A stretch of DNA of 46,342 nucleotides from Myxococcota bacterium (GCA_049969675.1 JBMFOP010000008.1:1-46342); one strand, 5' to 3'. Positions 1 through 10,490 are shown, counted from the stretch's first letter. The notes: generated by a model from the letters alone, not told the origin. Numbers and translations are program-made.

Positions 1-1
1 C

Positions 2-97
2 TTCACAGGGGCTCTTGTCGTCACCACCACACTGCGTCAAAAATGCTGCTGCAATAAATAATACGGCAAAGAATGATAAAATAGCTACCTTCTTCAT
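2..97 (-). CDS. Lipoprotein, N-terminal fragment (runs off window start)
   Basis: ATG at 97 preceded by GGAGGT; translates MKKVAILSFFAVLFIAAAFLTQCGGDDKSPCE, a signal peptide with lipobox-like LTQC. Confidence 0.75.
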   Translation of the reverse strand, partial: MKKVAILSFFAVLFIAAAFLTQCGGDDKSPCE

Positions 98-205
98 TTT
101 ACCTCCTGGGTTATGGGTTAAATGATTAAAAATTTATCAACCGATTATATTTATGACATAATCCATCATTATAGTCAGGTGGTTAATTCTGTTTTGTGTT
201 CTCTA

Positions 206-1846
206 TCACACCTTCAGGAGAGTGCTTTTGTAATCTTTGATTATTTTTAATGAATCAATGAAGATGATGATTGAGAGGAGTAATATAGCAATAGCAATAA
301 CTCCTACCATTGAGAGTCTATATTTTAATATCAGTTCAGTTAGTGACCAGATGCTCATCAGAATCATAAATAGACCTGGAATCAGAGTATAATAGATGGA
401 TTTATTATTCTTTAGTAAATAGACTGTAATTACTATCAATACAAGCCCGGCAAGTAGTTGATTTGTCGTACCGAATAGGGGCCAGATGACCTTCCAGGCA
501 GGTAAAATCCTGCCGTTTATCGGGTCTTTGAGTGTGGAGAATAGACCTATTGCTGGTAGGATTAATGTGGCGATTGTTGCAATCCACCTGTATCCAGATT
601 GTGTTATATTGAAAAATTCCTGAAAGATGTATCTACCCAATCGTGTTGCTGTATCAAGGGTAGTAAGAATAAATGAGGAGAGTGCTAAAAGTCCAAAGGT
701 CTTTCCAAAGTTTGGAGAAATTCCAATGATGCCCAGGAATCTTGCTATCCCTTCCGCATAGACGGTGAGTGGTGCCTTTGTTGAAAGTTCTTTTGATGGG
801 GAAAGAATCATTACAGTTGAGAGGGCAATTACTGCCACAATACCTTCAACAAGCATTCCACCATATCCAATCGTAATGGCATCTGATTCTTTATCTATCT
901 GCTTGGATGTGGTACCAGAACCAACCAGTGAATGAAACCCTGATACAGCACCACAGGCAATTGTGACAAATACAAGTGGGAAGAGCGGTCCTAAATAATC
1001 AGATTGGTATGATGTGAAGATGGGATAACTGATCTCAAATCTACCAAAGATTATTCCAATAAGTCCTGCAACTACGGAAGAGTAGAGCAGATATGAACTC
1101 AGGTAATCTCTGGGTTGTAGAAGTAACCAGACTGGTAGGGTGGAAGCAAAAAATACATATATCAGGAGGATAATGTTAAAAAATCTTCCCTGTGAGCCCA
1201 TAAATTCTGGGACCCCATTTATAGGAAATTTAATACCAAGATAGATGCTGATAAAGACAAAAGGAACAAATACCAGACTACCATAAAGAATTTTTAATTT
1301 GAACTTGTAAATTGAAATTCCAAATAGAATTGCAAGCAGTATATATAAAAATGATGCCGTGGCAGTTGCACCATCCTCCACAAATGAACTTGAGGTAAGG
1401 TCAGTAAATACAATGAGTATATAGACGAGGGCGAGCCAGATGAATACGAGAAGGAGTTTATAGGATAACGGTGAAATATACCTGTTGGCTATTTCAGAGA
1501 TTGAGCGACCCTGATGTCTGATTGATGAGACGATTGACCCCATATCATGTGTCCCACCGATGAAGATTGAGCCCAAAATAATCCATAATAGGGCAGGGAG
1601 CCATCCGAAGGCTATTCCTACAATAATCGGGCCAACAATAGGACCGGCTCCGGCGATAGATGAGAAATGATGTCCGAATAGAATCACAACTTTTGTGGGG
1701 ACATAGTCAATATTGTCGTTTATGGTATGAGATGGGGTTGGGTTATTATCATCTATGGAGAAGAGATTCCTTAATATTTTTTTTGCATAAAATCTATATG
1801 AAATATAAAACAATGCAAGGACACCAATAAAAATTATCAATAGCAT
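206..1846 (-). CDS. cstA: Carbon starvation protein A (peptide/pyruvate transporter family)
   Basis: Motifs FGHHFSSIAGAGPIVGP, LLQPRDY, TIACGAVSGFHSL, TTLDTATRLGRY, WPLFGTTNQLL; many TM helices. Confidence 0.95.
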   Translation of the reverse strand: MLLIIFIGVLALFYISYRFYAKKILRNLFSIDDNNPTPSHTINDNIDYVPTKVVILFGHHFSSIAGAGPIVGPIIVGIAFGWLPALLWIILGSIFIGGTHDMGSIVSSIRHQGRSISEIANRYISPLSYKLLLVFIWLALVYILIVFTDLTSSSFVEDGATATASFLYILLAILFGISIYKFKLKILYGSLVFVPFVFISIYLGIKFPINGVPEFMGSQGRFFNIILLIYVFFASTLPVWLLLQPRDYLSSYLLYSSVVAGLIGIIFGRFEISYPIFTSYQSDYLGPLFPLVFVTIACGAVSGFHSLVGSGTTSKQIDKESDAITIGYGGMLVEGIVAVIALSTVMILSPSKELSTKAPLTVYAEGIARFLGIIGISPNFGKTFGLLALSSFILTTLDTATRLGRYIFQEFFNITQSGYRWIATIATLILPAIGLFSTLKDPINGRILPAWKVIWPLFGTTNQLLAGLVLIVITVYLLKNNKSIYYTLIPGLFMILMSIWSLTELILKYRLSMVGVIAIAILLLSIIIFIDSLKIIKDYKSTLLKV

Positions 1847-2455
1847 CTATCTGCCCTCCATTAAGAATTCCTTTTGCAAAAATTCTAAAATCTCTCCCTC
1901 ATCTCCAAGGCATATACCAATAATCCCAGCCTTATTTGCCCTTTCTATATTTGGCAACTGGTCATCAATGAATATTATCTCTCCCGGGTTAAGTGATGCC
2001 ATCTGTGCTACTTTTCTAAATGTATTTATATCTCTTTTGCCCATCCCAATAAAGTATGAATTGAACACAAAGTCAAAATAGTGAAAAAAATCCTCTCTTT
2101 TATTTAATTTGTCCAGCCAGTCAGTCTGGTCTGAGAGAATGGCTGTTGTTATTTTCTTCTCTCTTATCTTTTGCACAATCTCTAAAATAGGCCTTCTAAT
2201 CTTGAAGGAATTTAGAATCATCTGTTCAAACATATTATCATCAATCTGAATCTTAAAATAATTTCTAATTGAATCAAAATACTCCTTTTGCGAGCATCTC
2301 CCTATTATATAGCCAGTCTCGTAGATTAAATCTGCACATCCTGTAAAAAACTCTTTACCATTTAAATTAAATCTTTGTGCAACTTTGTATAGACCATCCC
2401 TATATCCCTCATCTGCAATGACACCCCCGAAATCCAGAAACAATCCCTTAATCAT
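1847..2455 (-). CDS. HAD-superfamily hydrolase (YihX-like phosphatase)
   Basis: N-terminal FLDFGGVI, AILSD, C-terminal IFIDD..NI..A...GI. Confidence 0.85.
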   Translation of the reverse strand: MIKGLFLDFGGVIADEGYRDGLYKVAQRFNLNGKEFFTGCADLIYETGYIIGRCSQKEYFDSIRNYFKIQIDDNMFEQMILNSFKIRRPILEIVQKIREKKITTAILSDQTDWLDKLNKREDFFHYFDFVFNSYFIGMGKRDINTFRKVAQMASLNPGEIIFIDDQLPNIERANKAGIIGICLGDEGEILEFLQKEFLMEGR

Positions 2456-2460
2456 AATAA

Positions 2461-3237
2461 TTACCTGTGGTCTATGAAGTAATACATCCCTCTACCGGGC
2501 TTAAATATCCACCTTGCAAAGAGTTCGTCCATAAATGATTTTGCCCCCCTTACAGATTCATATATGTCCATATTTGAGGCAAGATTTGCACAGATGGCGG
2601 CGGAGAAGTGACAGCCGGTCCCATGTACCTCTTTTGGCACCTTCTTTGATGAGATCTTGATAAACTCCTCCCCATCATAGAGGATATCAATAGCCTCATC
2701 CTTCAGGTGTCCACCTTTGACAACTATGTACTGAGCACCCATCTTATGGATCCTTCTCGCTGCCTCCATCATTGATTCAACATCCTTTACGGCCATCTCA
2801 CAAATTACTGATGCCTCTCTAAGATTAGGGGTTACAACTGTTGAGATTGGTATCATCTCTTTAATGAGTGTCCTTACAGATATTGGATCCAGTATAGATG
2901 CACCGGTGGAGGATACGATTATCGGGTCAAGTACTATTGGAGCGGAAAAACCTATATCTCGTAAGAATCTCGTAATCGCAACTATATTTGACCTTGATGA
3001 GACCATCCCTATCTTTATCGCATCAATATGAAAGTCTGAGAAGAGTAGTTCAAGCTGTCTTACCAGCATTGAACTTGTAATAGGGCTCACTACTGTAAGG
3101 TCTGTTGAATTCTGAGCAGTAATCGCTGTTACCACCCCAAAACCGTATACACCCATTGAAGAAAAGACCTTTATATCTGATAGTATCCCGGCCCCTGCTG
3201 AAGGGTCATAACCTGCTATTGATAGAGCTATCTTCAT
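2461..3237 (-). CDS. thiD: Hydroxymethylpyrimidine/phosphomethylpyrimidine kinase
   Basis: ALSIAGYDPSAGAGILSD, TAITAQN, IKIGM, VTPNLREA, VKGGH, HGTGC. Confidence 0.95.
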   Translation of the reverse strand: MKIALSIAGYDPSAGAGILSDIKVFSSMGVYGFGVVTAITAQNSTDLTVVSPITSSMLVRQLELLFSDFHIDAIKIGMVSSRSNIVAITRFLRDIGFSAPIVLDPIIVSSTGASILDPISVRTLIKEMIPISTVVTPNLREASVICEMAVKDVESMMEAARRIHKMGAQYIVVKGGHLKDEAIDILYDGEEFIKISSKKVPKEVHGTGCHFSAAICANLASNMDIYESVRGAKSFMDELFARWIFKPGRGMYYFIDHR

Positions 3238-3950
3238 CTTGACCTCGCCTCTTGAATAAAATATTTGAATATCTGTAAATGCGCTTTGTATTTTATCAAT
3301 GCCTCGGGGTGAAATTGCACTCCCATAACGAATGAGGTAGAATCCATCTCTATTGCCTCCACGATTCCATCTTCTGCTATTGCAGTCACCTCAAAGCAGG
3401 ATGGTATATTATAGACTGCCTGATGATGTGTGGAGTTGACAGAGATTGTGGTCCTGCCAATGGCTTTATATAGGTGTGATTTTTTATGTATCCAGACTCT
3501 GTGTGCGAGTGCGAAATATTTTTTACGATGAATCTTTGAGCCGAGCAGTGCCGGAATATCAGAGATGAGGGTCCCTCCAAAGAGGACATTTATAAGTTGC
3601 ATACCACCACAGATGCCAAATAGTGGTATTCCTCTCTCAATAGCCTCAGAGGCTATTCTAAATTCAAACTCCAGTCTTTTGATATAGTTTTGTTTCGGAG
3701 GTCTTCTTTTCTGGTAGATAAAGTATGGATGAATATCATCTCTCGAGCCTGAGATAATAATCCCGTCAACTCTCTTGAGGAGTTCACCTGTATCAATCTC
3801 CTGTGAGAATGGAAGCAGGAGCGGGATACCACCTGCATTTATAACTGCCTTTACATAGGTTGATTTAATTTTATAGGTTAATAGATTCGGATATGTATCA
3901 TCATAGCCATCAGAGTAATCAGATGTAATTCCAATAACTGCTCTTCTCAT
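3234..3950 (-). CDS. Gamma-glutamyl hydrolase, peptidase C26 (PuuD-like)
   Basis: AGGIPLLLP, GICGGMQLINV (catalytic Cys), VNSTHHQAV, GVQFHPE. Confidence 0.9.
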   Translation of the reverse strand: MRRAVIGITSDYSDGYDDTYPNLLTYKIKSTYVKAVINAGGIPLLLPFSQEIDTGELLKRVDGIIISGSRDDIHPYFIYQKRRPPKQNYIKRLEFEFRIASEAIERGIPLFGICGGMQLINVLFGGTLISDIPALLGSKIHRKKYFALAHRVWIHKKSHLYKAIGRTTISVNSTHHQAVYNIPSCFEVTAIAEDGIVEAIEMDSTSFVMGVQFHPEALIKYKAHLQIFKYFIQEARSR

Positions 3951-3956
3951 AATATT

Positions 3957-5654
3957 CTACGGTGTCTTACAACATCTAAAACCGATACTCCTGCTTGAGA
4001 AATCGGCTTTTACTGGCGGGGCTTCATAGGCACATTTTGTGTACAGCTCTGTGCCATTTAAGTATGAGCCGCCCCTTAGCCCCTTCTTTCCATCGGGATA
4101 GTCAGTTGAATTCCATTCCTCTACATTCCCGCTCATATCAAATACCCCGTAGGTGGATTTACAGCCAGTATAATAACCAGTTGGGAATACATTCCCCGGA
4201 TTTGGGTCATCAGAGCCGTTGCAGGTGCCAGCGTTATATGTGTTGCCATATGGATATACATAATTCCCTTCTCCCTGACATGCCCTCCTCCATTCCTCCG
4301 CGGTGCATAGCCTCTTGCCAGCCGCCCTGCACGCCCTGTCTGCTGTGTTCCAATCTACATCTGTCCAGGGGAGCACATTTGACCTTGAAGTGGCATAAGA
4401 ATTATTTGTTCCAGAGGACTTATCCGTAGCATCCGGTCTTGAGGCCTCAAATCTATCAATGCAAAGGCATAATCCAACCGGCACCATATCTGGTGGGCAA
4501 TCGGCATTCCCTTCATCTGTTAAGCCATTACAATCGTCATCCTTTCCATTACATATCTCCTTTGATGGTTGAGGTGGGTTGTATCTCTTCCATATCCCGT
4601 TTTCACAATATTCATAGCCGATTCCACAGGCAGAGTTACAAAGATATGCATCAGGACCCTGACACGCCCTATAAAGATTATCATCTGTCTCTCCATTACA
4701 ATCGTCATCAATATTATTGCACTCTTCATCTATAGGACCTATTGAGTCTTTGCAGACTGTATCCCATACCCCATTCACACATTCATAATACCCCTCTTTA
4801 CATCGTCCCATATTGAATCCACAGGACATTCTGGAGCCAGTTGTACAGGAACAGCCCTCATCTATAAATCCATTGCAATTATTATCTATTCCATCACATA
4901 TCTCCATACCATTATTAGAAGGAGTGCATTGGTACTCACAACCATCTCTTAAATCCCCGTTTAAGTCTACATAGCCAGGCTTACACTTGATAAATTTGCA
5001 CTCCGAATTTGTACATTCTGATATGGCATTTGAGAAACTGCACACTTTATGACAGATTCCGCAGTTGTTGATATCTTTTGAGGTGTCTGTCTCGCACCCA
5101 TTTGATATATTCATATCACAATCTGCATACGGTTTATTGCATTTTACAAGAGAACAGTTAGAGAACTGGCAATCCGCGACTGCGTTTGGAAATTCACATT
5201 TATGACCGCAGAGGCCGCAGTTCTCGGGGTCTGAACCGGTATATGTCTCACACCCATCTTTGTATTTGTAATTGCAATCGGCTCTACCGGGGATGCAAAG
5301 GTCAATGACACATTCTCCTCTGATGCAGAGAAATGAAACGGGTATTCCATTTTGATTGTCTGGATTTGTATGCTCAGAACATCTGTATCCAATGGATCCG
5401 CAGTTATCGGGGTCATCGTTGATATTGATTATGTCATTCTCATAATTTGCATCAAGAATATCTGAAATTTCTGTATCAAAAGTGTGGCTTATGTCTTCAA
5501 TGTCATTCTGAACCACAACATCAATTGAGGCATCTTTTCTGCTAATATCATTTGGTTGAAAGGTGTCATATTCCTCCACCACTACTGCCTCGGTACAATT
5601 GAATAAGAAGGTTATGGTAAAGAGAAAAGATGATATTTTATAGGCCGAGCTCAT
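3957..5654 (-). CDS. Cys-rich lipoprotein with MopE-like repeats and C-terminal FGE-sulfatase domain
   Basis: Lipobox-like LFNC; DPxNCGxCGxxC repeats; three E(I/E)CxxxDxxCNGxxD motifs; GKRLCTAEEW, YGVFDMSGNVEEW, RGGSY, IGFRCC. Confidence 0.85.
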   Translation of the reverse strand: MSSAYKISSFLFTITFLFNCTEAVVVEEYDTFQPNDISRKDASIDVVVQNDIEDISHTFDTEISDILDANYENDIININDDPDNCGSIGYRCSEHTNPDNQNGIPVSFLCIRGECVIDLCIPGRADCNYKYKDGCETYTGSDPENCGLCGHKCEFPNAVADCQFSNCSLVKCNKPYADCDMNISNGCETDTSKDINNCGICHKVCSFSNAISECTNSECKFIKCKPGYVDLNGDLRDGCEYQCTPSNNGMEICDGIDNNCNGFIDEGCSCTTGSRMSCGFNMGRCKEGYYECVNGVWDTVCKDSIGPIDEECNNIDDDCNGETDDNLYRACQGPDAYLCNSACGIGYEYCENGIWKRYNPPQPSKEICNGKDDDCNGLTDEGNADCPPDMVPVGLCLCIDRFEASRPDATDKSSGTNNSYATSRSNVLPWTDVDWNTADRACRAAGKRLCTAEEWRRACQGEGNYVYPYGNTYNAGTCNGSDDPNPGNVFPTGYYTGCKSTYGVFDMSGNVEEWNSTDYPDGKKGLRGGSYLNGTELYTKCAYEAPPVKADFSSRSIGFRCCKTP

Positions 5655-6186
5655 GTGATATACCTTTCATTGAATCAAGTGCAATGGTAATAAACTCTTC
5701 AAGTGATATTCCGAGTTCAGAACATCTCTTGATATCTTCACGCCTCGCACCTGCTGCAAATCTCTTCTCAGAAAATCTGTTAAGGACAAATTCGGTATCA
5801 ATTGAGGCAAGCCTCTTTGAAGGATGAATCAATGCAGCAGAGATTATTAACCCTGAGAGTGGGTCTGATGCAAATAGTGCTATCTCCAATCTGTTCTCTG
5901 GTGTTTTATGACCGGCGTGAGCAAGAACGGCATTTACAACTCTCTCATCATACCCCATCTCTTTTAGCCATTCTGCACCTACCTTCCCATGTTGTGTAGG
6001 ATCCTTGCCATATTCATCAATATCAATATCGTGCATCAGTCCAGCAATACCCCATAACTCCTCATCCTCGTGAAATCTGCGGGCAATACCTCGCATAATA
6101 GACTCAACTGCAAGCATATGCTTGATAAGATTCTTTGTCTTTACCTTTGATTTTAATGTCTCAAAAGATTCTCCTCTATTTTTCAT
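5638..6186 (-). CDS. HD (HDIG) domain phosphohydrolase
   Basis: KHMLAVE, GLMHDID, AVLAH, ASDPLSG, FAAGARREDI; start chosen at 6186 (RBS, ATGA overlap with namZ stop). Confidence 0.88.
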   Translation of the reverse strand: MKNRGESFETLKSKVKTKNLIKHMLAVESIMRGIARRFHEDEELWGIAGLMHDIDIDEYGKDPTQHGKVGAEWLKEMGYDERVVNAVLAHAGHKTPENRLEIALFASDPLSGLIISAALIHPSKRLASIDTEFVLNRFSEKRFAAGARREDIKRCSELGISLEEFITIALDSMKGISHELGL

Positions 6187-7361
6187 ACCCTCTCCTTGTA
6201 AATCCATAAATCCTTAATTGATTTAATAAAATACCGCTCTTCTTCTCTGACAAATTCAACAATATACTTTGTCTCCTCCTGATTATCAATCATTGAACGT
6301 ATTTTATCATTTCCAAATAGCAAGTCAATAGCCGGGATATCTTTTACAAATTCATAAGGCTCTCTTCTCCATTTTAATTTATTCTGATAAATTCTCCTGA
6401 TTGTATGGATTGTTATAATGCCTGTGGTGTAAGGGGTAAATTTCTCTCTATCTGTGATATGAATAAATATCCCACCACAAATTCTATCTGCAAATTTGTG
6501 GAACTTTGGCATAAAGTAGATGGGGCGAAAATAGACTCCATTTAATCTCTGTGAATTGAGTTCTTTTGAGAGTAGATAGGGGTCAATAAAGTCTGCCCCA
6601 AATATCTCAAAAGGTCTATTTGTCCCTCTACCTTCACTTATATTCGTACCCTCAAACAGGCATCCCATAGGATATACAATAGCAGTATTCAATGATGGCA
6701 TATTTGGTGAAGGCGGGATAAATACATTGGTGTAATGGTCAAGATATTTTGACCTATCGTATCCAGTATTTTTGATTATTGTGAGATTTATGTCAAGCCC
6801 TTGAGATTCTTTGAAATATAATGAGAGTTCTCCTATGGTAAGGGAGTGTCTGACCGGGAGATTTACCATACCGACAAAAGATCTGAAATTCTCATTGACA
6901 CCATTTCCTTCAATTCTATTGCCTGATATGGGGTTGGGCCTGTCACAGATGATAAAATGGATACCTTTTCCAGATGCCTTTCTCATAAAGAGGAGCAGGG
7001 TGGCGGCAAATGTATAAAACCTGGTTCCTATGTCAAAGAGGTCAACAATTAATGTATCAATCCTATCAACTAATTCATCATCGGGAGAGAGTGATTCAAA
7101 GGAATTACCATATAATGAAATGACTGGAATTCCTTCGTATCTCTCAATCTCCTTTACCTCCACCATATCCTGATAGACACCATATAGACCATGCTCGGGG
7201 GAGAAGATAAATACTGGCTTAATACCTGTTTTTAGCACCATATCAATTATGTGTTCTAAACGACTATTTACAGATGCCTGATTGCATAATAATGCAATGC
7301 GAGAACTCTTCCTTATATATTTTTTTAGTTCATAATCTAATCTGTCGACCCCGGTCTTCAT
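6183..7361 (-). CDS. namZ: Exo-beta-N-acetylmuramidase NamZ (DUF1343)
   Basis: SPEHG, SLYG, DIGTRFYTF, DRPNP, PVRHSLTIGEL, PPSPNMP, FEGTNISEGRGT.RPFE. Confidence 0.9.
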   Translation of the reverse strand: MKTGVDRLDYELKKYIRKSSRIALLCNQASVNSRLEHIIDMVLKTGIKPVFIFSPEHGLYGVYQDMVEVKEIERYEGIPVISLYGNSFESLSPDDELVDRIDTLIVDLFDIGTRFYTFAATLLLFMRKASGKGIHFIICDRPNPISGNRIEGNGVNENFRSFVGMVNLPVRHSLTIGELSLYFKESQGLDINLTIIKNTGYDRSKYLDHYTNVFIPPSPNMPSLNTAIVYPMGCLFEGTNISEGRGTNRPFEIFGADFIDPYLLSKELNSQRLNGVYFRPIYFMPKFHKFADRICGGIFIHITDREKFTPYTTGIITIHTIRRIYQNKLKWRREPYEFVKDIPAIDLLFGNDKIRSMIDNQEETKYIVEFVREEERYFIKSIKDLWIYKERV

Positions 7362-8821
7362 TTTGCTGGATTGAATTCCATTTCGTATCCAACTCTCCCC
7401 TTGGTGCCAGATGGTAGTTTCATTATCAGGGCATTCCCGTAGATGCAGGCTTCAAGTACCGGGTCATTAACAGTATTCTTTTCAAAGGTTACCTCAGTAA
7501 TATTTCCATTATTATCAAAGGCGATACCGATTGCGACCTTCCCCTTCATTTTGGGCCTCTCCTTTAAGAGCTCTTTGTAAGATTTGAGTACATATCTTGA
7601 GAAATTATTCAGTACCTGTTCAATCGTCTTACCGGTAATTGGGGTCTCAGAAATCTTGAATCTCTTTTTGAGCTCATCCATCTCAGACTTTGCATCGTTG
7701 TCGTCTGGTTTCTCTTTTAATGCAAGAATGAAATTCTCCATTGACCTCTTATAGTCCTCTTTTTTCTTTGCAATTCTCCCGAGCCCTACATATACTTCTG
7801 CGGAATTCCCTTTGATCTTTGCAACTGATTTAAATTCTTCTTCGGCACGATTCAGATCTCCCCTCTTAAAATAAATCTTTGCAAGTTTCATTCTAAAATC
7901 TGCATTATCTGGCAGGACCCTGATGGACTCTTCAAGTGCCTTTGCAAGCCTCCCCTCCGCATTTAACTTTTCAAGTATTGGAATGAGTCTTAGATAGACA
8001 GCTGCCTCATTGGGCCATTGGTCAATAATCTTCTCATAGAGTGATGCTGCATCCTCAATCTTATTTAACTTCTCAGCGGTTGAGGCAAGGTTGAGCATTG
8101 CCTCTTTGCTGGATGTCTTAACCTCTACTGCCTTTTTGTATTCACTATATGATTCTTCTCCTTTGTTAAACTTTTCATATATTTGCCCAAGATAGAAGTG
8201 TGGTGTATATTGATTGTTGTCAATATCATTTGACTTCTTAAAGTACTTTTCAGCCTCCTCAAACTTCTCCTGTGCAGTAAGTATGAGTCCATACATATTT
8301 AGTACAATGATATTTTCTCTATGTTTGGCATCTATTGCGTTTAGATATTCAATTGCCTTTTCATAATCACCTTTTTTGTAGTGGTAATTTGCAAAGAAGT
8401 AATTTATCAGGAAGTGATTTGGTGCGATCTTTTTTGCTTTGCTTAAATTTACCTCTGCCTTATCATATACCTTCCATTCTGTCTCAATAATCCCTTTACC
8501 GAGGTAGCCGTAGTATTTTTCAGGCTCTTTAGTTGCGATCTGGTTAAATATTCCCCAACCTTCCTCTCTGTTTTTGAGGGTGAACGCATAGTAAAACATA
8601 GTATCAATTGAATCAGGTGATTTTTTGTATTCAGCCATATAGCCGTCAAATAGCTCCTGTTGTTTACCTTTGTCCAGTCCTATTAATATCTCTATTACCT
8701 GTTTTATAAATGCCTCATCAAATGCTGCCTCAGGGTTTATAGTCTGCTCTTTCTTCTCCTCAATAGGTGCACAATTTAAAAGAATAAAGAATGAAATAAC
8801 AATCAGAAGATTTCTAATCAT
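7358..8821 (-). CDS. TPR lipoprotein with AgmX/PglI (TonB_C-like) C-terminal domain
   Basis: Lipobox LLNC; multiple TPR-like helical repeats; C-terminus YKELLKERPKMKGKV...GNITEV....TVNDPVLEACI; RBS GGAGG. Confidence 0.8.
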   Translation of the reverse strand: MIRNLLIVISFFILLNCAPIEEKKEQTINPEAAFDEAFIKQVIEILIGLDKGKQQELFDGYMAEYKKSPDSIDTMFYYAFTLKNREEGWGIFNQIATKEPEKYYGYLGKGIIETEWKVYDKAEVNLSKAKKIAPNHFLINYFFANYHYKKGDYEKAIEYLNAIDAKHRENIIVLNMYGLILTAQEKFEEAEKYFKKSNDIDNNQYTPHFYLGQIYEKFNKGEESYSEYKKAVEVKTSSKEAMLNLASTAEKLNKIEDAASLYEKIIDQWPNEAAVYLRLIPILEKLNAEGRLAKALEESIRVLPDNADFRMKLAKIYFKRGDLNRAEEEFKSVAKIKGNSAEVYVGLGRIAKKKEDYKRSMENFILALKEKPDDNDAKSEMDELKKRFKISETPITGKTIEQVLNNFSRYVLKSYKELLKERPKMKGKVAIGIAFDNNGNITEVTFEKNTVNDPVLEACIYGNALIMKLPSGTKGRVGYEMEFNPAK

Positions 8822-8874
8822 CTATCTCTCCTCCTTTGGTTAGCAAATGCAGGTACTCTTCCTGCTCGTGCAGT

Positions 8875-8904
8875 AATCTAACATAATATATCATAAATAG
8901 TCAA
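8875..8904 (-). promoter_or_regulatory. Putative sigma70 promoter for the 8821-206 operon
   Basis: TTGACT-18 bp-TAGATT with an extended -10 TG. Confidence 0.45.
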
Positions 8905-8968
8905 AGACAAATTTGTATTGTATCAATTTCGTCAAAATGGATTAGTTCTGTATTCAAAAATTTTTCTT

Positions 8969-9952
8969 TTATGAATCTGTTCCGAATTTGTTGAACAGGT
9001 GGGTATTATTTTTATACCAGTCAATGGTAATTTTTAATCCATCTATAAGAGTTATCTCTGGCTTAAAGCCTAACTTCTTAAGTTTGTCATAATTTACACC
9101 GTAGAGCCAGTCGTGACCGGGTCTGTCTTTTATAAATCTGATTAATTTTGCTCTCTTTGATGTGAGTCTTAATATTCTCCTGACAAGCATAAGATTGGAT
9201 ATGAGGACCCCGCTTCCCACATTATATATCTCGCCATCTTTCCCTTTCTGATAGATTGTAAATATTGCCTTACAACAGTCTTCAACATAGATCCATTCTC
9301 TTGTATTCTTGCCGGTTCCATAAATGGGAATCTGTCTGTTATTTAGTGCATTTATAATACATTTCGGTATAAATTTTTCTGTATGTTGAAATGGTCCAAA
9401 ATTATTACAGGGTCTAATAATTATAGCCTTTATACCGTAAGTCCTTATATAAGATTGGATCAACATCTCCTGTGATGCCTTTGTGGCAGAGTAGGGAGAT
9501 GAGGGCTTAAAATTGGACATCTCGGAGAAGAGGGGCTTATCCCTGCTTCTATCTCCATATATCTCATCTGTGCTTATATGAATCAGTCTTGTACCCTCTC
9601 CTTTAATATATTCAAGGATATTAAAAGTTCCGTAGATATTGGTAGTTATAAAATTTGAAGGCATTTTGATTGAATTATCAACATGGGTCTCACTTGCAAA
9701 GTGAAAGATGGTCTCTGGCTTAATCTTTTTGAGATATCTATTGAGTGCTTCTTTATCTCTGATATCACATCTAATAAAATGATATCGTGGGTTATCTTCA
9801 ATCTCAATTAATCTTCTGTTGTCCCCTGCATAAGTAAGCAAATCAATGTTATAAATGTTGGATTCATCATCCTCTTTAAGAAAAAATTTGATAAAGTGTG
9901 AACCTATAAAACCCGAGCCACCAGTAATAACTATATTTTTATTTCTTTTCAT
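8969..9952 (-). CDS. rfbB: dTDP-glucose 4,6-dehydratase
   Basis: ITGGSGFIGSHF, DLLTYAG, ASETHVD, HISTDEIYG, SSPYSATK, DRPGHD. Confidence 0.95.
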   Translation of the reverse strand: MKRNKNIVITGGSGFIGSHFIKFFLKEDDESNIYNIDLLTYAGDNRRLIEIEDNPRYHFIRCDIRDKEALNRYLKKIKPETIFHFASETHVDNSIKMPSNFITTNIYGTFNILEYIKGEGTRLIHISTDEIYGDRSRDKPLFSEMSNFKPSSPYSATKASQEMLIQSYIRTYGIKAIIIRPCNNFGPFQHTEKFIPKCIINALNNRQIPIYGTGKNTREWIYVEDCCKAIFTIYQKGKDGEIYNVGSGVLISNLMLVRRILRLTSKRAKLIRFIKDRPGHDWLYGVNYDKLKKLGFKPEITLIDGLKITIDWYKNNTHLFNKFGTDS

Positions 9953-10490
9953 ATATCTCTAAAAATTCTGTAAGTTCTGGCAACCCTTCATCCTTCTCTG
10001 AAATGATTTTATCCTCTATTGGAAACTTTATATTTATCTCTTTGCTAAAAATATTGATACCTCTTTCAAACTCTGGTGAATAGATATTATCCACAGAGTA
10101 GAGTAGAGTTGTCTCATCCTCAAGAGCCTGAAATCCATGTGCAAATCCCTTTGTAATCAGAATAGAGTATTCTGAATCCATATCCAGATTAATTTTGAGG
10201 CATTTTAGATATGTCTTAGAATCTCTTCTTAAATCCAGAATAATATCGTAGATTGCGCCGCTCAGTACTGTTATAATCTTACTCTGTTCATATGGACTCA
10301 TCTGGAGATGGAGTCCGCGAATTACCCCCTTATTTGAGATGGAAAGATTCTGTTGAAGGACACCATTAAATCCAAACTCTTTTAATTCCTGAGTCCTGAA
10401 TACCTCTAAAAAGAGGCCGCGATCATCTTTAAACCTTTTATGCCTGATTTTATAAATCCCCTCAAAATCTGTCTTTTCAATCACCTGCAT
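9939..10490 (-). CDS. rfbC: dTDP-4-dehydrorhamnose 3,5-epimerase
   Basis: DDRGLFLE, GVIRGLHLQ, DLRRDS, GFAHGFQAL, ISEKD. Confidence 0.95.
   Translation of the reverse strand: MQVIEKTDFEGIYKIRHKRFKDDRGLFLEVFRTQELKEFGFNGVLQQNLSISNKGVIRGLHLQMSPYEQSKIITVLSGAIYDIILDLRRDSKTYLKCLKINLDMDSEYSILITKGFAHGFQALEDETTLLYSVDNIYSPEFERGINIFSKEINIKFPIEDKIISEKDEGLPELTEFLEIYEKK

Noticed and set aside
3957..4150. FGE-sulfatase C-terminus as a diversity-generating retroelement target
   Set aside because: No template repeat differing at adenines and no reverse transcriptase seen in the window
8849..8865. GCAGG/CCTGC hairpin in the TPR gene leader as a riboswitch
   Set aside because: Only a 5-bp stem with no recognisable aptamer
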